Source: Trichosphaerium sp. ATCC 40318
Taxonomy: Eukaryota > Protista > Tubulinea
Length of the DNA: 64,000 bases
Assembly (NCBI GenBank): GCA_038496445.1
Contig: JALMLS010000589.1
Location: forward strand, 62,001-126,000
Direction: 5' to 3'
Part shown: positions 13,905 through 27,396 of the stretch, one piece after another
How positions within the stretch are numbered: the first letter of the stretch is position 1
Layout of the letters: the number at the start of each line of letters is the position of its first letter
Program-made: the position numbers and the translations under genes
The notes under the pieces: generated by a model
What the model saw: the letters and a program-made list of their open reading frames with translations, nothing else
What the model was told of the DNA's origin: nothing
Databases searched by the model: none

Positions 13905-14079
13905 TCTGTTGTTGTATGTAATTTATGAGTCTAGTGCTATTTGATAAAATACAGTCTTGTGTAAGGCTAGATGCTATTTACTTATGTTGACTTAAGTGCT
14001 ACTTTTTTTAACAAATCAATAAACGGTTAAAACGGATCCATTCAAGGAACGGCTAATAGAAGCAAAAGACAAAATTACA

Positions 14080-14225
14080 ACCAAGAGGTGGCCGTGGTCC
14101 AGTCCCGGCTAAGCCGGTTACAAAATGTAGCCGGGTCATTTACAGAAGTCAAAAAAGTTATGTTGCAATATTTCAGATCAATGGACTTAAACCGCTGTGA
14201 TGGTGGTACCACAAGTACCACATAC
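14080..14225. repeat. Dispersed GC-rich repeat (ccggcta/tagccgg motifs); probable non-autonomous transposon end
   Basis: gtggccgtggtccagtcccggctaagccggttacaaaatgtagccgg aligns with atggtcgtgttccggcctggcttatccggctaccaaaatctgtagccgg at about 45110. Confidence 0.55.
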
Positions 14226-14681
14226 CATATACACATATGTTAGTGTGGATTAAATCACGTGTCCTTTTGAGTAGAAGCGAATAAAAAAACCCGAATTGGT
14301 GATTTTACGAAGTTTCTTTTTTCTGTTTGAAGTTCGGCATACCCACGTGACAAGTACCCAACCACTGCGATCGCTGAAATGCAAAAAAGTATATCTAACT
14401 TCCGCCTGTTCGATGGCTGGAACCAAACCAAACTGTGTACTCCTTGCGACAATAAACCGCTCTACTAGGTTCTGTTGTACAATGCTTATTCTGATAGTTT
14501 TAGCTACTATTGAGTTGTGAAAGGTGTTCCTGTAGTCGAACTGTCAAAAATTCATAGTTCTAATAACCCTATCAAGTTACTTATCGATTGTGGGTATACC
14601 CATGTTGAATGGGTAAACCCAAAGCACATCAGTTCACACAAGATATTGGCCAATTTTAACCCTTTTTATAAAACAAGGAGC

Positions 14682-16427
14682 ATGTACAAAGCATCACTTC
14701 TAATACTGTTTGCTGTATCCGTTTCGTTTGTTACAACACAGCTAATAGATACGCTGGTTGTTCCAACCAGTGACACTACTACTACATACGGTTTTGCTAT
14801 GGTTCCCCTTAGCAACCCAACTGAACCTATAGTTGGTTACAACGGCCGCGAAATAACTGGTGTGGTTGTTCTTTTACCCGTTTTTTAACTCACTCTTGTG
14901 CAGACCTAGTGTGCCCGACTGACGAAGCGATAATGTCAATGGCCTACTATAACGATACAAATACTTTGCTTGTTAAAACTACTAACTCTCTGTTGGGTAT
15001 TGATCCTTACACTTGTGAACAAAAAGTACGTTCAACTTTTTTCGATACTTCATTGACTTTTTTGTAGTTTAAATGCCCTGGTCTCAGAGAGAATCTCTTC
15101 ACCATTTCTGCTTTCAGAAATTCTAAATTTGTTCTAATATCTCATGGAATCCATATCTTTACTGTCAACATTGCTACGTGTGATATTTATGAATGGTGTA
15201 GGGCAACCGACGGAAATTGGATGTATGCCTGTACGTATCAACATAGTGGTTCAACTCCGAATCGACTTGCTTTTTTTTTTTGAAATCCGACTGGCCCCTC
15301 GAGTCGAGTGTATTTTTTTGCATGTATTTACAACATTTAAACAGTTGCCAGGCTAAAAATTGTCTACTTGCACGTGATTTTTTACGTAGACTCAGTCCGG
15401 CCCAACATGACTATTTTTCTTGACTTTGAATTTGTCGACTCACCCTCGGCTTAAGACAGAGTTCATACCTTGATTTTTTCCTTTATTAAGTTGTTACAAT
15501 AGTAGAAACTGTTGGCGGATATGTATATATTGCCACTCACCAAAATTTGCTACGTATTCTAGATAACGGACAACTTTGTATTCATTACGACACTTTTCCA
15601 TTTCCAAACGCAAATAATTGGGCTGGTAAGTACTAGTCATATACTCATCACTATATTTTGTTCCCACACTTTAAATAACTTACTCACCTTTAGAAATGAC
15701 TCAAATATCAGAAGATGAGATATTAATAGTGCCAGAGCTTAGTGGAGAAAGCTATGTATACAATATCATGTCGGAAAGTTTCACATTGTATCCTAATTCG
15801 ACTGTAAAGTACCAAAATGGCTTGGCATCGCTTGACTACACTGCATTAATACCACCGCCAGCACCACCTACAACAGCCCCAACATTTCAACCAACGCTCT
15901 CACCTACGGTGGCACCAACAAACCCGCCAACACCTCAACCAACACTTGCGCCAACATTATCACCAACAGAAGCACCAACGCTTGAGCCAACATCACAACC
16001 GACATTATCACCGACAGTAGCTCCGACATCACCACCAACAGCAGTACCAACAGCTCAGCCAACAGCCACTCCAACATTATCACCAACACCCGAGCCAACA
16101 TCTCAACCAACAGCTCCACCAACTATAGCACCAACGCCTCAACCTACGAGCGAGCCAACATCTCAACCAACAGCTCCACCAACTGTAACACCAACGCCTC
16201 AACCTACGAGCGAACCAACAACAGAACCAACAATGCCAACAGCCCCGCCAACCTCTCAACAAACACCTCCACCAACGACAGCTCAGCCTACAGAAGAACC
16301 ACTTACAACAACAAGTGCGCCAGTAGAACAAATCGAACCAACAGCAAACATGCCGCCAACGTCAAGTGCTGATATACATAGTCTATTAGCAACACTACTA
16401 TTAGGTATGTTATTAGTAGTATTGTAG
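14682..16427 (+). CDS. Secreted/GPI- or TM-anchored surface protein with a Pro/Thr-rich mucin-like stalk
   Basis: Signal peptide MYKASLLILFAVSVSFVTT, a globular spliced N-terminus, PT repeats, and a hydrophobic C-terminus LLATLLLGMLLVVL*. Confidence 0.75.
15850..16320 (+). repeat. Coding PT(x)xP repeats, including a near-perfect 60-nt duplication at about 16090-16209
   Basis: EPTSQPTAPPT(I/V)(A/T)PTPQPTS occurs twice. Confidence 0.85.
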
Positions 16428-17013
16428 AGGGCAACATGACCATCTGATCCTCAGCTAAAGTTTTAATAAATGGATATTACAATAGATATCGGTTATGTTG
16501 AGTTATACTTAAAGCCTACTGCAGCCAAATACAGTACCTGGGACTCGGCGAAATCCGGTGTTCTGCTACACTTGCTATCCTAACTAGTGAACAAAAACTA
16601 AAACATTTTTTTGATTGTGCAAAGTTTTGGACATTCAGTATCCCTCCGCTACATCTATCACTTGTAGTGTAAACAGTACCTTTGTTTGTGAGTAGTTTTG
16701 GCGTTTCAGCACCAATGTTACTTACCACTTCCCATAGACACATTTGCGTGTAAAGACACCTTTTTTGATGACGTACCAATGACATAGAAAAAAGAATTAT
16801 TCACTGAACTTTCACGCGAAATGTATCCATAGTCACACATAGTGGGAACTCAAATATTGAACAGCGTGTTAGCTGTATTTACAGTATATCGCCATAGCGT
16901 CTAGGGTAACTAAATTGTTTTGTAGACTTAACTACCATAAGCGCTAGCGCCATTTGTTGAGCTTGTCCTTAGGAATACCACTACTCGTGAGTTGTCATCT
17001 GTTTTCTCAGAAG

Positions 17014-17517
17014 ATGAATATTTCAGAATCTTGCAGTATTTTTGACCTTCCTGTTGAGATACACCTCGATATTATTGACTTAGACTTTGATGTATATTTA
17101 AAATGGCCTATCTTATCTAAACAATTGGCAATGATATCAAGATTTGATTCCGATATGAACAAGCACTATAAGTGGCAGAAAAGAAAGAAAAAAAGTAGAA
17201 AAGTGAATTGTACAGCGTACTGGAACCATGGAAAAAAACATGGTAATTGCAAGTACTGGCATGATAACGGGGAACTAAATGAGCAATGTGATTATGTTGA
17301 CAGTAAAAAAGACGGAGAATATAAGCGTTGGTACAGGAGTGGTCAGATACAAGCTCACTGCTTTTATGTAAAAGGTAAACTTCATGGAGAATACAAGTAT
17401 TGGTATGATGATGGTATGTTGTATGAGCACTGCAATTATATACATGGCATCCGAAAAGGTAAATGCAAACGTTGGAATCCAAAGAAACAAGCATTCAAGG
17501 AGTACAACTACGCTTGA
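17014..17517 (+). CDS. Intronless F-box protein with MORN-variant repeats
   Basis: IFDLPVEIHLDII, then GKKHGNCKYWHDNG, KKDGEYKRWYRSG and GKLHGEYKYWYDDG. Confidence 0.8.
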   Translation: MNISESCSIFDLPVEIHLDIIDLDFDVYLKWPILSKQLAMISRFDSDMNKHYKWQKRKKKSRKVNCTAYWNHGKKHGNCKYWHDNGELNEQCDYVDSKKDGEYKRWYRSGQIQAHCFYVKGKLHGEYKYWYDDGMLYEHCNYIHGIRKGKCKRWNPKKQAFKEYNYA

Positions 17518-17900
17518 TGTAATGGGAAACAAGAAACCACTTTATTCTTAGTACAGTTACGATAACAGCCACCGTTTCTACAACCTCCCTTACCGTAGAA
17601 TCTAACAAGCTCTTTGAATACACTCAAACGGAGAGTTGGAAAAATAATGTACGTTTGAAGGTGCAAAAGCCAATAAACCTTCGAGCTTTATTAACCAAAT
17701 AAATATCAAAAAGATCACATTGTCACATTCAAACCGCTTTTTTTGGGCTATAATAGTAGCTTCATACCAAAAATAAGACTTGCATAATCTTTCAGGTAAT
17801 AATATTAACAAACAAGGCGGTTGTACTTCATCAAAATGAGCAAGTAAAGTAAGGTTGTTTTTTTTAATGTTTATTTACAGCGAAAAACTAAACAATATCA

Positions 17901-20071
17901 TTATTCATTGTCCACACGCACAATTCTTTTACGAAGTCCAGATCCTGCTCCAGGCTCATTTGGCTTCTCAGTGGTAGATGGTTTCATAATTGGTTCCTCA
18001 ACTTCTGTCGAAGGATTACCATTCTTTGCAACTTCTTCTTTTTCTCTTTCTTCCTTTTCATCCTCTTCTTCTGTTGTCAACTCTGAAGCACATTGTACAG
18101 CATCAAGAGGTTCTTCTCTATGTTTAAGAAGATACTCTTGTATATGTGCCATAGAAAGATTATCTACAAGTTTCTCACTAAACTCCTTTGCATACGCTCT
18201 AGCTTTAGCATCTTTTGTGTTTATATCAGAATAATAAAAATGCAAAAACAGATTGTATGACTGTTCTCTTGAAGCATTTCCAAAATAAAGACGTCTATCA
18301 GCTCTTCCAGGTCTAATAAGAGCAGGATCTAAAAACAAAGTATAAGAATAAAGAACGAAAGAGAAAAACAAGAACATTCAAAGAAAAAGAAGAAGAAAAG
18401 AACATACCAAGAACTTCCTTATGATTTGTTGTCATGAAAAGAATTCTACCATCTTGCGTCTGTACGCCATCGAGTGAATTCAACAACCCACTAAAGGTAA
18501 CGCCAGTATCATTACTGAAACGTCCACCCATACGACGAGACAATTGCACATCAGGTGTTGGTGGTACTGCTGCTACAGGTTCTTTCTTTTTACCAAAAGC
18601 AGCATCAATATCTTCAAGTAGCAGAAAACAGCTACAAAACACGTGTTAAAAACAACAGCACTTGACATGTAAATATGAAACGTACTCTTCAGGCATAGTC
18701 TGAAATAATTGCATCAAATTTGAGTCATTTAGACCAGGATTAGACAAACTCAACATACAAATATTGTAATTAAGTTCACCGGCTATTGCTTGAACAAAAG
18801 ATGTTTTACCATTTCCAGGTGGTCCGTAGAGTAAGTATCCTAGCAAGCAGTTAATACACCACTCCAGACATCCTCAAAGAAACAAACAAATGGGACGTAC
18901 CTCTTCTGTGGTTCAAGCCACGGTCTTGATACCATTTGGCAAGAGATTTGAATGTTTTAATTTCATTCAATAGTTCATCACCTCGTTGGCGATCAAGGAT
19001 AACTGATTTGAAAGGACGCTTTGGTTTCATAGCTGACCTTTGCCAATAAGCTCTTCCTTGAACCACAGCAGTGTAAATGATAGTCTAGGGTCAAAAAATT
19101 AGACGAGAGAACGAAGTGTTGAGATAACAAAAATAGTTTTAATAAAATGTCAGATGACATTTTGTTTAGCGGAGTATTATCTACTGCAATATGTAAAATC
19201 GTTTCTTACCTTTTCAGAATCCAACTGAGCTGTAAGATCACGTGCGTTATATACAATCTTCTTCAAAAACTCAATATCACGACCATATGTCGATATTTTT
19301 ATAATCTCATTATTCGCTTGTGGTATACCCATAACAGCTGCATTTTGTTGCTCTAAAACATATATATAAGCACACATACAAACAATTTAAAACGACAACT
19401 ACGTATTTGGACAAAAAGCTGTTTCTGTGTGGCACAGTAACCAAAAACAAAAAAAACACTAGAAAGCTCTGAAACGTACTTTGATTTTGTCCACGGTATA
19501 TCCAGCACATGCGACCTTTAACCCACGTGACGTGGTAGCCAACAGCCGGTAGGAAGTATACCTTAGTGTCTGTTGTCTTCTTTTTAACAGCAGAATTGCC
19601 ATAATGGCGTACTACTTGCGTGTGGTTTGGTTTTCTGGCGAAAGCGCTCAAATGGCGTGAAGTTGCTTTTGATTGGCGTTCTGATAGCCACATCATCATC
19701 CATGTGTATCTATTGCGAGTTTAGATGACGTTTGGGTAAATAACACGTAGAAATATTAAAATGTCCCGTTTTTGGTATTAGAGGGTTAAATAGAGCGTTT
19801 GGGGTTTAAACCGGGATGTCGATTTGTTTTTAGAACAAACGTTTAGTTTTTTTTTGCTAACAGTAGTAATGCAAAGGTTTACGTACGCTCCATCAGTTGC
19901 TTTGACTTCTACGCTCACAATGAACGCTTTTTGAAATTCTGACCACAAATAACGACAGATACTATAGAATAGTGCTACACCGGAACTAAGGAGTCCTAAA
20001 ACGATGGCCCCGACAAAGAAGTCGTTTTGCCCTAATGAAGAGCCGAGTTTCTGCGTAATGAGCCTCTGCAT
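17901..20071 (-). CDS. BCS1: BCS1-family mitochondrial AAA ATPase
   Basis: [71 protein letters not shown]. Confidence 0.93.
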
Positions 20072-21287
20072 GTTTAATACGTGTGTAAATTGATAGCTTT
20101 TAGGTCGTTAATACGCTTCACGTAAGCTATTTAGCGTAGGTGCGTTTTCTAAGAGATGTTGGGTTTTTAGAAATTTCGACACATTTCGACCTTCTGTTCA
20201 TGTGACACCCATTGCTTTGCGATTTCTTCTTAAAAACTTCTCATGACTACTACACTACCTACTGCCAAACGTCACACAACTTTCTTCGCTTTGCAAACGT
20301 TGCAAGGCTATTCACCCATACAATTCTTCTTTCACGCGTTATTATTGCACTTGTGGAGTAATGAGACTCTTTGACTGTATTTGGTTTAGTTTTTTGACTT
20401 TTGTCTGAAGAAAAACTCGCAGCGTTCGTTTCAGATTGAAGTGGCGAACTAAATAGATGAACGGATCTCCGTACTCCCCTACGTCGTATAGAAATAGGCC
20501 ATCCCCTACGGTTACAGCGTATCCGGCTTTAAGATCTGGTATTACGTCTGCGTTTCCACGGTTTTTATTACACCACGACGGATTGTTCCTAGAGATACCA
20601 GTAGACGAATATAAAGTTTCGGTGCGTAAATAACGAGCAAATCTTGTCAAGTCGCTGAAAATGTAAAAATATGTAGGACAGCGTAATCATAGAGGCGTTT
20701 GATGTTATTAGACAACGTATAGATTCAACATTAGCCAACGCTCAAAATTTTAAAATGACTTTGCTTGCACAAGGTACACCACGTTGTATTATACATTATA
20801 CAGTATTTTCGTACTTTTGGACATGAACTATGACAAATTGTATCTATTACCCACTAAACAAGCGTAGATGGCACTATAGTTGAAGCCAATATGCAAGGAA
20901 TGTTTGTTCTCACTCAAGCAGCGCAGTGGAAAAATACAAAAGATTTTGTTTTCGACGTAGTGGTTTTTCAGTACCCCACGGTTGGTCTTGACGCAAGAGT
21001 ACGTTTTCGCAATGATTGAAAAAAGACACAAAAAACTTTTCGTCTATTTCAATTTAAAATAATCCTAAACGCTATCAACGTACATATATACACTAAAAGC
21101 GTACTTATATAACTATTAGACATATTGTTTCCTTTCTGGTGCCTTGGTCTCCTTTGGGCTCTTTGTAACATGGATGTATCCTCTTTAACGCATTTTTTCA
21201 CCATAGATTGCCCATTTTAAAGCGATAATTGAAGCTTAGACGGCTTCTAGCGCTTTTTTTTTGAAAAACTGTTTTTTTTCTTTAACG

Positions 21288-22915
21288 ATGGCCAGATTGT
21301 TCGTTGATTACTTTGATGAGTGCTACACGGATAGATATGGGAGCTCAAATACACTGGCAGAACGAATACTTCGTGTTTTGGCAGATATGGTAGCAAGAGT
21401 TTCAATAATGGCTTATTCGTTTTCTTGGATAATGTCTCGTTCTACTTGGCATGGACGTATGACTGCACTTTATACAACATCAATGATGGTTTTATGGTAC
21501 AGAGAAATATATTTATTTACGCATTTTATTTATTGTGTTGGTAAACCTCCATCACGTGATTTTTTTTGGGGTCGTAAAGAAATAGAAATTTTTCTTCTGT
21601 TTTTTTTTTCTTTCTTTTTTCTTCGCTGAGAATAGTTTATAATATTGTTATGTAGGTACATAGGATTTGATGGTCTTGTTGTTGGTCTTAAACAAGCTTT
21701 TGGAGATTATGGTTGTAATGTTCATGCTAACAGGTACGTTTTTTTTTACATGTATTTTTGTTATGTTTTTATTGACTCACTCAAGCATCTCTGGCCACTA
21801 TTCATTTCATATTTTCTATATTATGACATTATTCATGATATGGCAACGCCATGAAACACCATATGGAGACATATACAACGCGTAAGTTACACTACGCGCA
21901 TACCAGATTTTTTTCCTTTTTTTTTCCGCATTTCTCTGTCAAAATGTCATTTGAACATCCATGTCATTGACATGGTGTCATTATTATTGTAAAGAGTTAT
22001 TTTTCCCTAATCATATTGTATAGTGTTGTTTTACCCGATTGGGCAAGGCGTGTTATGCGTTATTGCTATGTGGCGTTCGTAGTATCAACAGTGTATATCC
22101 TGTATGGAACATACTTTAGTGGGTATCATAGTTTGCGTCAGATATGGTATGGTATTGGTGCTGGGGCTATATCTCACATAGCGTTTCTTTTATGCTTAAA
22201 TAAAGGTATGGGAAGAAAAACCCAAACGGGAATCTTTGTGGTTAAAAACCTTTTTTTTTTGACATTGCTTACTTGGCATGCCCTGCTCTTTTCAACATTT
22301 TACCTTATGCGTAAAATATGCAACCAAATTCCTGTGTCAGTGTAGTAAACGCCGTGAGGTTGCTTGCATATTTTATGCTGGTTCATGAGTTGATCAGTGT
22401 CTTTGTTTTAGCTTTTCCTTGCTAACTTTTTTCATCAAGTTAACCAGATATCTTTCTTGTCTTGGGGCTACATGTTAAATCTAGCATATGTTCTTCTTCT
22501 ATTGGCAGTTGGATCTGGTTGGAGTTACAGTGTAGGGAGACTACATATCCATATGTCTGAGTTTACTATTGCTATGATTGCATTCACTCTAAACTTTTAT
22601 GCAACATGGTACGCTTTCTTCTTCAAGTCTTTTCAGGACTAGCTGTTAAATTAAATATATTACAGGCAAAGAAGGAATTCAATTGATTACACACTCGTTC
22701 AGTTCTCATCGCTTTTTTAAAGCAAGAAGACAAGAACAAGGGTAAAAACCGAAGACAAAAAAAAATTTGTACTATAAATAAAAACAACAGGACGCCTTCA
22801 GTGGCATTTTCATCCATTCAAAGAATTGATTGGTATATTTGTACTTGTCGTTGGCAATGCCTTAGCAGCGTACAAAGGTGTTGAACAACAAATGTGTGTC
22901 TATTTGCTTGGCTAA
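21288..22915 (+). CDS. PAP2-superfamily-like multi-pass membrane protein
   Basis: Spliced motifs LKQ...SISGH...YFSGYHSLRQIWYG, plus additional TM segments. Confidence 0.6.
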
Positions 22916-23768
22916 TGCGCTAAACTGTACAGCCACAAGTCGTTTTTTTTGTGTTCAAAACACTACACATGGTCATTAGGTTATCATTACTTTTCTTATG
23001 AGCCTCTGGCTTCTTCTCCGTGTTTGTACAAGTAGCATTGTTGATCTCTGTGTGCTTTTTCGTGATAATCGCTGTGCTTGCGATGCTGTGGGTGTCATGT
23101 CTTGCCATTTTTTACGCACCAAGTAGAGACATGATATTCCTTGCCTGCGGCAAATATCTTACTACTCGTATCTCGGTTATGTTTGCAGAGTTGTTGTAAA
23201 TAGTCAGTCTATTTGTTATAAACTTGCAACGTTTCAATAAGTCAAACCGTGATTAATCATTAAAGCAGTTCACAGTTACCCCTTAAAAAACTTAGAAGTA
23301 CTGAGATGATAATGCAGAGTCACTAGTAAATACATAAATAGACGTTGCTATTGCCGAACGGATATTTAGTGTTGAAATCGTTCTCAAGACTTTCTTGTTA
23401 CAAAGGTAACAGATGACGGTGGAAAAGCATTCATGTAATCAAAGTTAAGAAGCATTGGCTGGTCAAGGAAACATTGATTTCAAACGCAATAATTGCTCGC
23501 AAACAATAAGGGATGTATAAACTGTAATATTTATGAAGGTTAAAGTTACGTGCACACATAGCGTTACATGTCATCAGAACCGAAATAAAAACCAAGTCCC
23601 TGCTTTCATTGAATATTTGTAATATTGGCCTTGTAGTAAACGCTATTCTTTGCAAGATTTCAAGCCACAAAGGTGACAAGTTGATACAAAGTACGTGATA
23701 TCTTTCTTTAAAAAAACCGCTCAAACGCTGTTGAATCAATATTAATGCTGTGTTTAAGCCAAAACGCT

Positions 23769-24842
23769 ATGAAACACGTTAAACTTCATTGCAGCAATGA
23801 GAATGGCGTAGAGATAACTACTAAGTATGTTATACGTACTCTTAGGATAGATAAGTCAAAGGTCATACCTTTTACGTTATTGGATATTTATTCTAGCAAC
23901 AAAGAAAACTCTGCGTTCTATCTTCGCTTCGAATCGAAAAAAAAAAAAGAAGGAGTGACTTGTTGTAGCTTTAATGGTAGCTACTATTATATTGGAATGT
24001 CTGGAAGTGATAGTAACAGTTGCTCTTATACGGCAACATGTGATAAGGCACGTGATTTAATAAAACATGTTGTGCTCTTTTTTTTGTTAACTTCGGAAAT
24101 AGATTGATGCAGAAAAAATTGCAAAGGCTCTTGGGAAGAAGTTGTATTTACGGAAAGATCCTGGAATATCTTTCAAGGCTCACTTTGATATTTCAAACAA
24201 TATTTTTAGCACCAGCGATCCAATAATAGGAACATTCCAGCTTGAGAATACGCACAATGTTGCCTTCAGGTACTTTACGTTTTTTTTACTAAAAAACTAA
24301 GAAAAGCATTCCGGAAGTAAAAGAATTTCCGCAACATGTAGTACTATGATATCTATAGCATTTCCTGTTTTTTGTCATTGGATAGAACCTATTTTACCTG
24401 TGTGGTGTCGTCTCTGGGTCCATTATTTAGTGTTACATTCCTTTTTGTTCAAGTTGTTTTTAATATATTTATTAGGTACAACCATGGCGGTAACTACAGA
24501 GGAACTTACAATGGCCGTTGTGAAACTTTCCAATTTGAAGCAACAGATAGTCAAGGTGTTGGTTTGCCAGTACTAGGACATAACAGATGTAGGGGTGGCA
24601 GAGTCATGATGCCTGAAGTAAAACCGGGCGAAAAATCAGAAAAAATATCTTTCAATCTAAAGGACTGGTTTGCGTTTGTTCCTGGATTGTACACCGTCAA
24701 GTGTAGATATAACCTAACTGATATTAAAGAAGTAAGAAACGAACAAATCATGTCTATTGCAGAACGTACATCACTACGATGGGAGTATGTAGCACAAGGT
24801 GATATTGAGCTAGAAGTTGTTGAAACAGGGAAGCACGCTTAA
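23769..24842 (+). CDS. Hypothetical protein with a beta-sandwich-like C-terminus
   Basis: Four exons join in frame, one through a GC donor at 24048. Contains YNHGGNYRG, VKPGEK, LKDWFAFVPGLYTV. Confidence 0.65.
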
Positions 24843-25770
24843 AAAAAATTCAGTGCTGCCAGTTCTTACACCATATATCAGCCGATCGATATTCAATATT
24901 TCTTTGTATCCAAATAATAAAAGAATAGGAGAAATCAGCGGTTAAAATATCACTAGGGTTTGGTGTCCAAGACACCTTTTTAAACTCATTTATTAGACTG
25001 CTTTATGCACACAAAGCTGTAACATTATTTACTGACATTTATCCACAAGTCAGGCTTTTAATCCCTTGTCTTAATTCAATTGCATTGACTACCCATGGAG
25101 TCGATAACAAAGCACAAGGACATAGTGCAAGACTTTCACTGCATCATAATTCGGTTATCACTTGACATCTCAAAATACTCGTAGGTTTTTGTAGTAGACA
25201 AACTGACCACAAAAATTATTGTGGTTTACGTAGGCGGTTTAGTAGCTATGACATCTTGTTGTAACAGTAGGCGTCCAGAGTCATGTAGAAGGCTAAGTTT
25301 GGCTTATCGTTCTTTAACAAACAAGTTTTGTCAACGCCAGATTTTGAGGTACTAATCAAAAAAGTTGCGTTTTGAGCCAAGATGTATTCAATCAAAGGTG
25401 ACCAAAAAAGTTGTCTTACTTATCGGTGATGGCAGCAATAACGCCAATCATACCTTTTTCGAAGTTAATACGGTTGCAATGTTTTTCGATGTTCCTTGAC
25501 ACGTTCCGGACGGACACGCTTACTGAAATAAAACATAATGATATTGCTCCATTTTAACCAACTACAGAGGATCTCAAAATTTCTTCCGTTTACTGAAGCG
25601 CAAGGCACATAGAATGCGAAAATAATCCAAAAGAAGGAACGTTCGAATAGATGAAAGGAAACGATAGTTACATTGTTAAAATAATTTCTTCCAAGTGAAA
25701 AAAAGCTGAAACTTTTGTGAAATTTCACTTCTTTTTCACAACAATATAAATTGTGTATTTGTAAGGCACA

Positions 25771-27396
25771 ATGGCAGCATCAGAAATACGTTTAGGAGTT
25801 GATATGGGCGGAACGAAATTACTGTTACTGGTAGATGATAACTATGAGTCTAAAACACACAGAGTACCAACTGGACCTGATTTCACGCCAGAAACGCTCG
25901 TTTCGACTCTTACACAATTTTTAAACTCTGTCTATCCTCATGAGTGGTCTGTCACAAGCTGTGGCGTTGCTGTTTGTGGTCTTACAGATTCAGAAGGTAT
26001 TTTAAAACATACGCAACGTTGCTTGCTTTTAAACTGTTTATAAACGTATTGTAGGCGTAATTAAACTGTGTGAGCTACCTAGAATGACAAACTACAATAT
26101 CAAAACAGGCCTTCAAAAAGTTTTGTCATCAAACGACGTTTACATCATAAACGACGCAGATGCAGCTTTAAAGAAGGTCCACAACGACTATAAAAAAGCA
26201 GGAAAGCCATGTGATAACATAGGGGTGTTTGTTTGTGGAACCGGCATCGGTACAAAGACTCTTTCTTGTCACATTCTTTTTTTTTTTTTTCATTTTTCTG
26301 ATACCACCTAAATCATTGCGATCAAACTCAACTCTCTGTAGGAGCTGCTCACTATGTAAACGGAATGCCACTTCAAGGTACAAACGAAATGTAATGGCCA
26401 GTAGAAGTGATGTTCAACGATAGGACCTTTCCTTCTTGGTATTGGATCATGTCCAATTATGATAACAGATTCAGATAGAACAGTATCAACACAAACAGCT
26501 GACGCTTTGGGTGGTGCGACTTTCTATGGTGTCTTAGTAATGAAAGATTAATGTTTTTCTACAGGTGGGCGTCATATAATTGCAGAACTCTCTCCTATAA
26601 CTCCACAAGAAGCAATAAAGCTTTTGAAAGGCCTTGAAGATAGAAATCTTCTTGAAAGTAAAGATAACAAAGGGCTATCTCCTGACGAAGTTAAATGTCG
26701 TGATGTAATACAAAAAGCTGGTTATGCATTAGGTGTTGCACTGGCTATCATATTGGGTATGCTTAACCCTACATCCATGGTATTAGCAGGTGGTGTTTTT
26801 AATTTTCCAGGGATAAAGGTGAGAACTAAACGATAGCAAGAATGTTGTTTTGACTAGTTGTTAAGGATGCTGTGCTTAAAAGTGCGGCTTTACAACATAA
26901 AGAAATGTGCCCTGAAACTTTCACAAATTGCGAGATCGTAGAGAGTTTACAACGGAACGAACTTGTAGCAGCAGGCGCACTTCTTCATGGTGTTTCCAAG
27001 AGAAGAAAAAAGTTATCAGACTGCCTTAAACTTCTTGCTGAGATACAAAATCACAAGGACGCATGGCCATTTAATGCCCCTGTGGACCCTATAGCACTAC
27101 TCATACCAGATTACTTTGCTATAATCAAGAATCCCATGGACTTACGCACTATTAAGGTGGGCACAATTTCGAAGTTGTTTTTTTTTTTGTACGTGGTTAA
27201 CATTTTTTGTTATAATCAGTCCAATATTGAGAATGGAGTCTATAGAGATGCTAAGGAATTTCACGATCATGTTATGCTTGTGTGGGAAAATGCTTGTACA
27301 TACAACATGCCAGGTTCAGGGATACATAATATGGCAACAGAGCTTCGCGTTTTTTACATACAAAAATGGGATAAGCTTGAAAGCGATTGGGCATAA
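25771..27396 (+). CDS. ROK-family sugar kinase fused to a C-terminal bromodomain
   Basis: ROK motifs GVDMGGTK, INDADAA, GTGIG, LNPTSMVLAGGV. Bromodomain motifs AWPFNAPVD, PDYFAIIKNPMDL, VWENACTYN. Six GT-AG introns. Confidence 0.88.

Noticed and set aside
15250-15460. gtcgactc-rich intronic patch resembling 39840-39890
   Set aside because: Only short shared motifs; no definable element boundaries.
15904-16331. Antisense ORFs over the PT repeat (similar ones at 46259 and 60182)
   Set aside because: They are shadows of low-complexity or repetitive coding sequence on the opposite strand.
20342-20650. 102-aa minus-strand ORF
   Set aside because: No ATG start, no recognisable motif, and no consistent upstream exon.
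25300-25700. Possible decayed coding or transposase fragment (KVVLLIGDGSNN)
   Set aside because: Too short and interrupted to assign.
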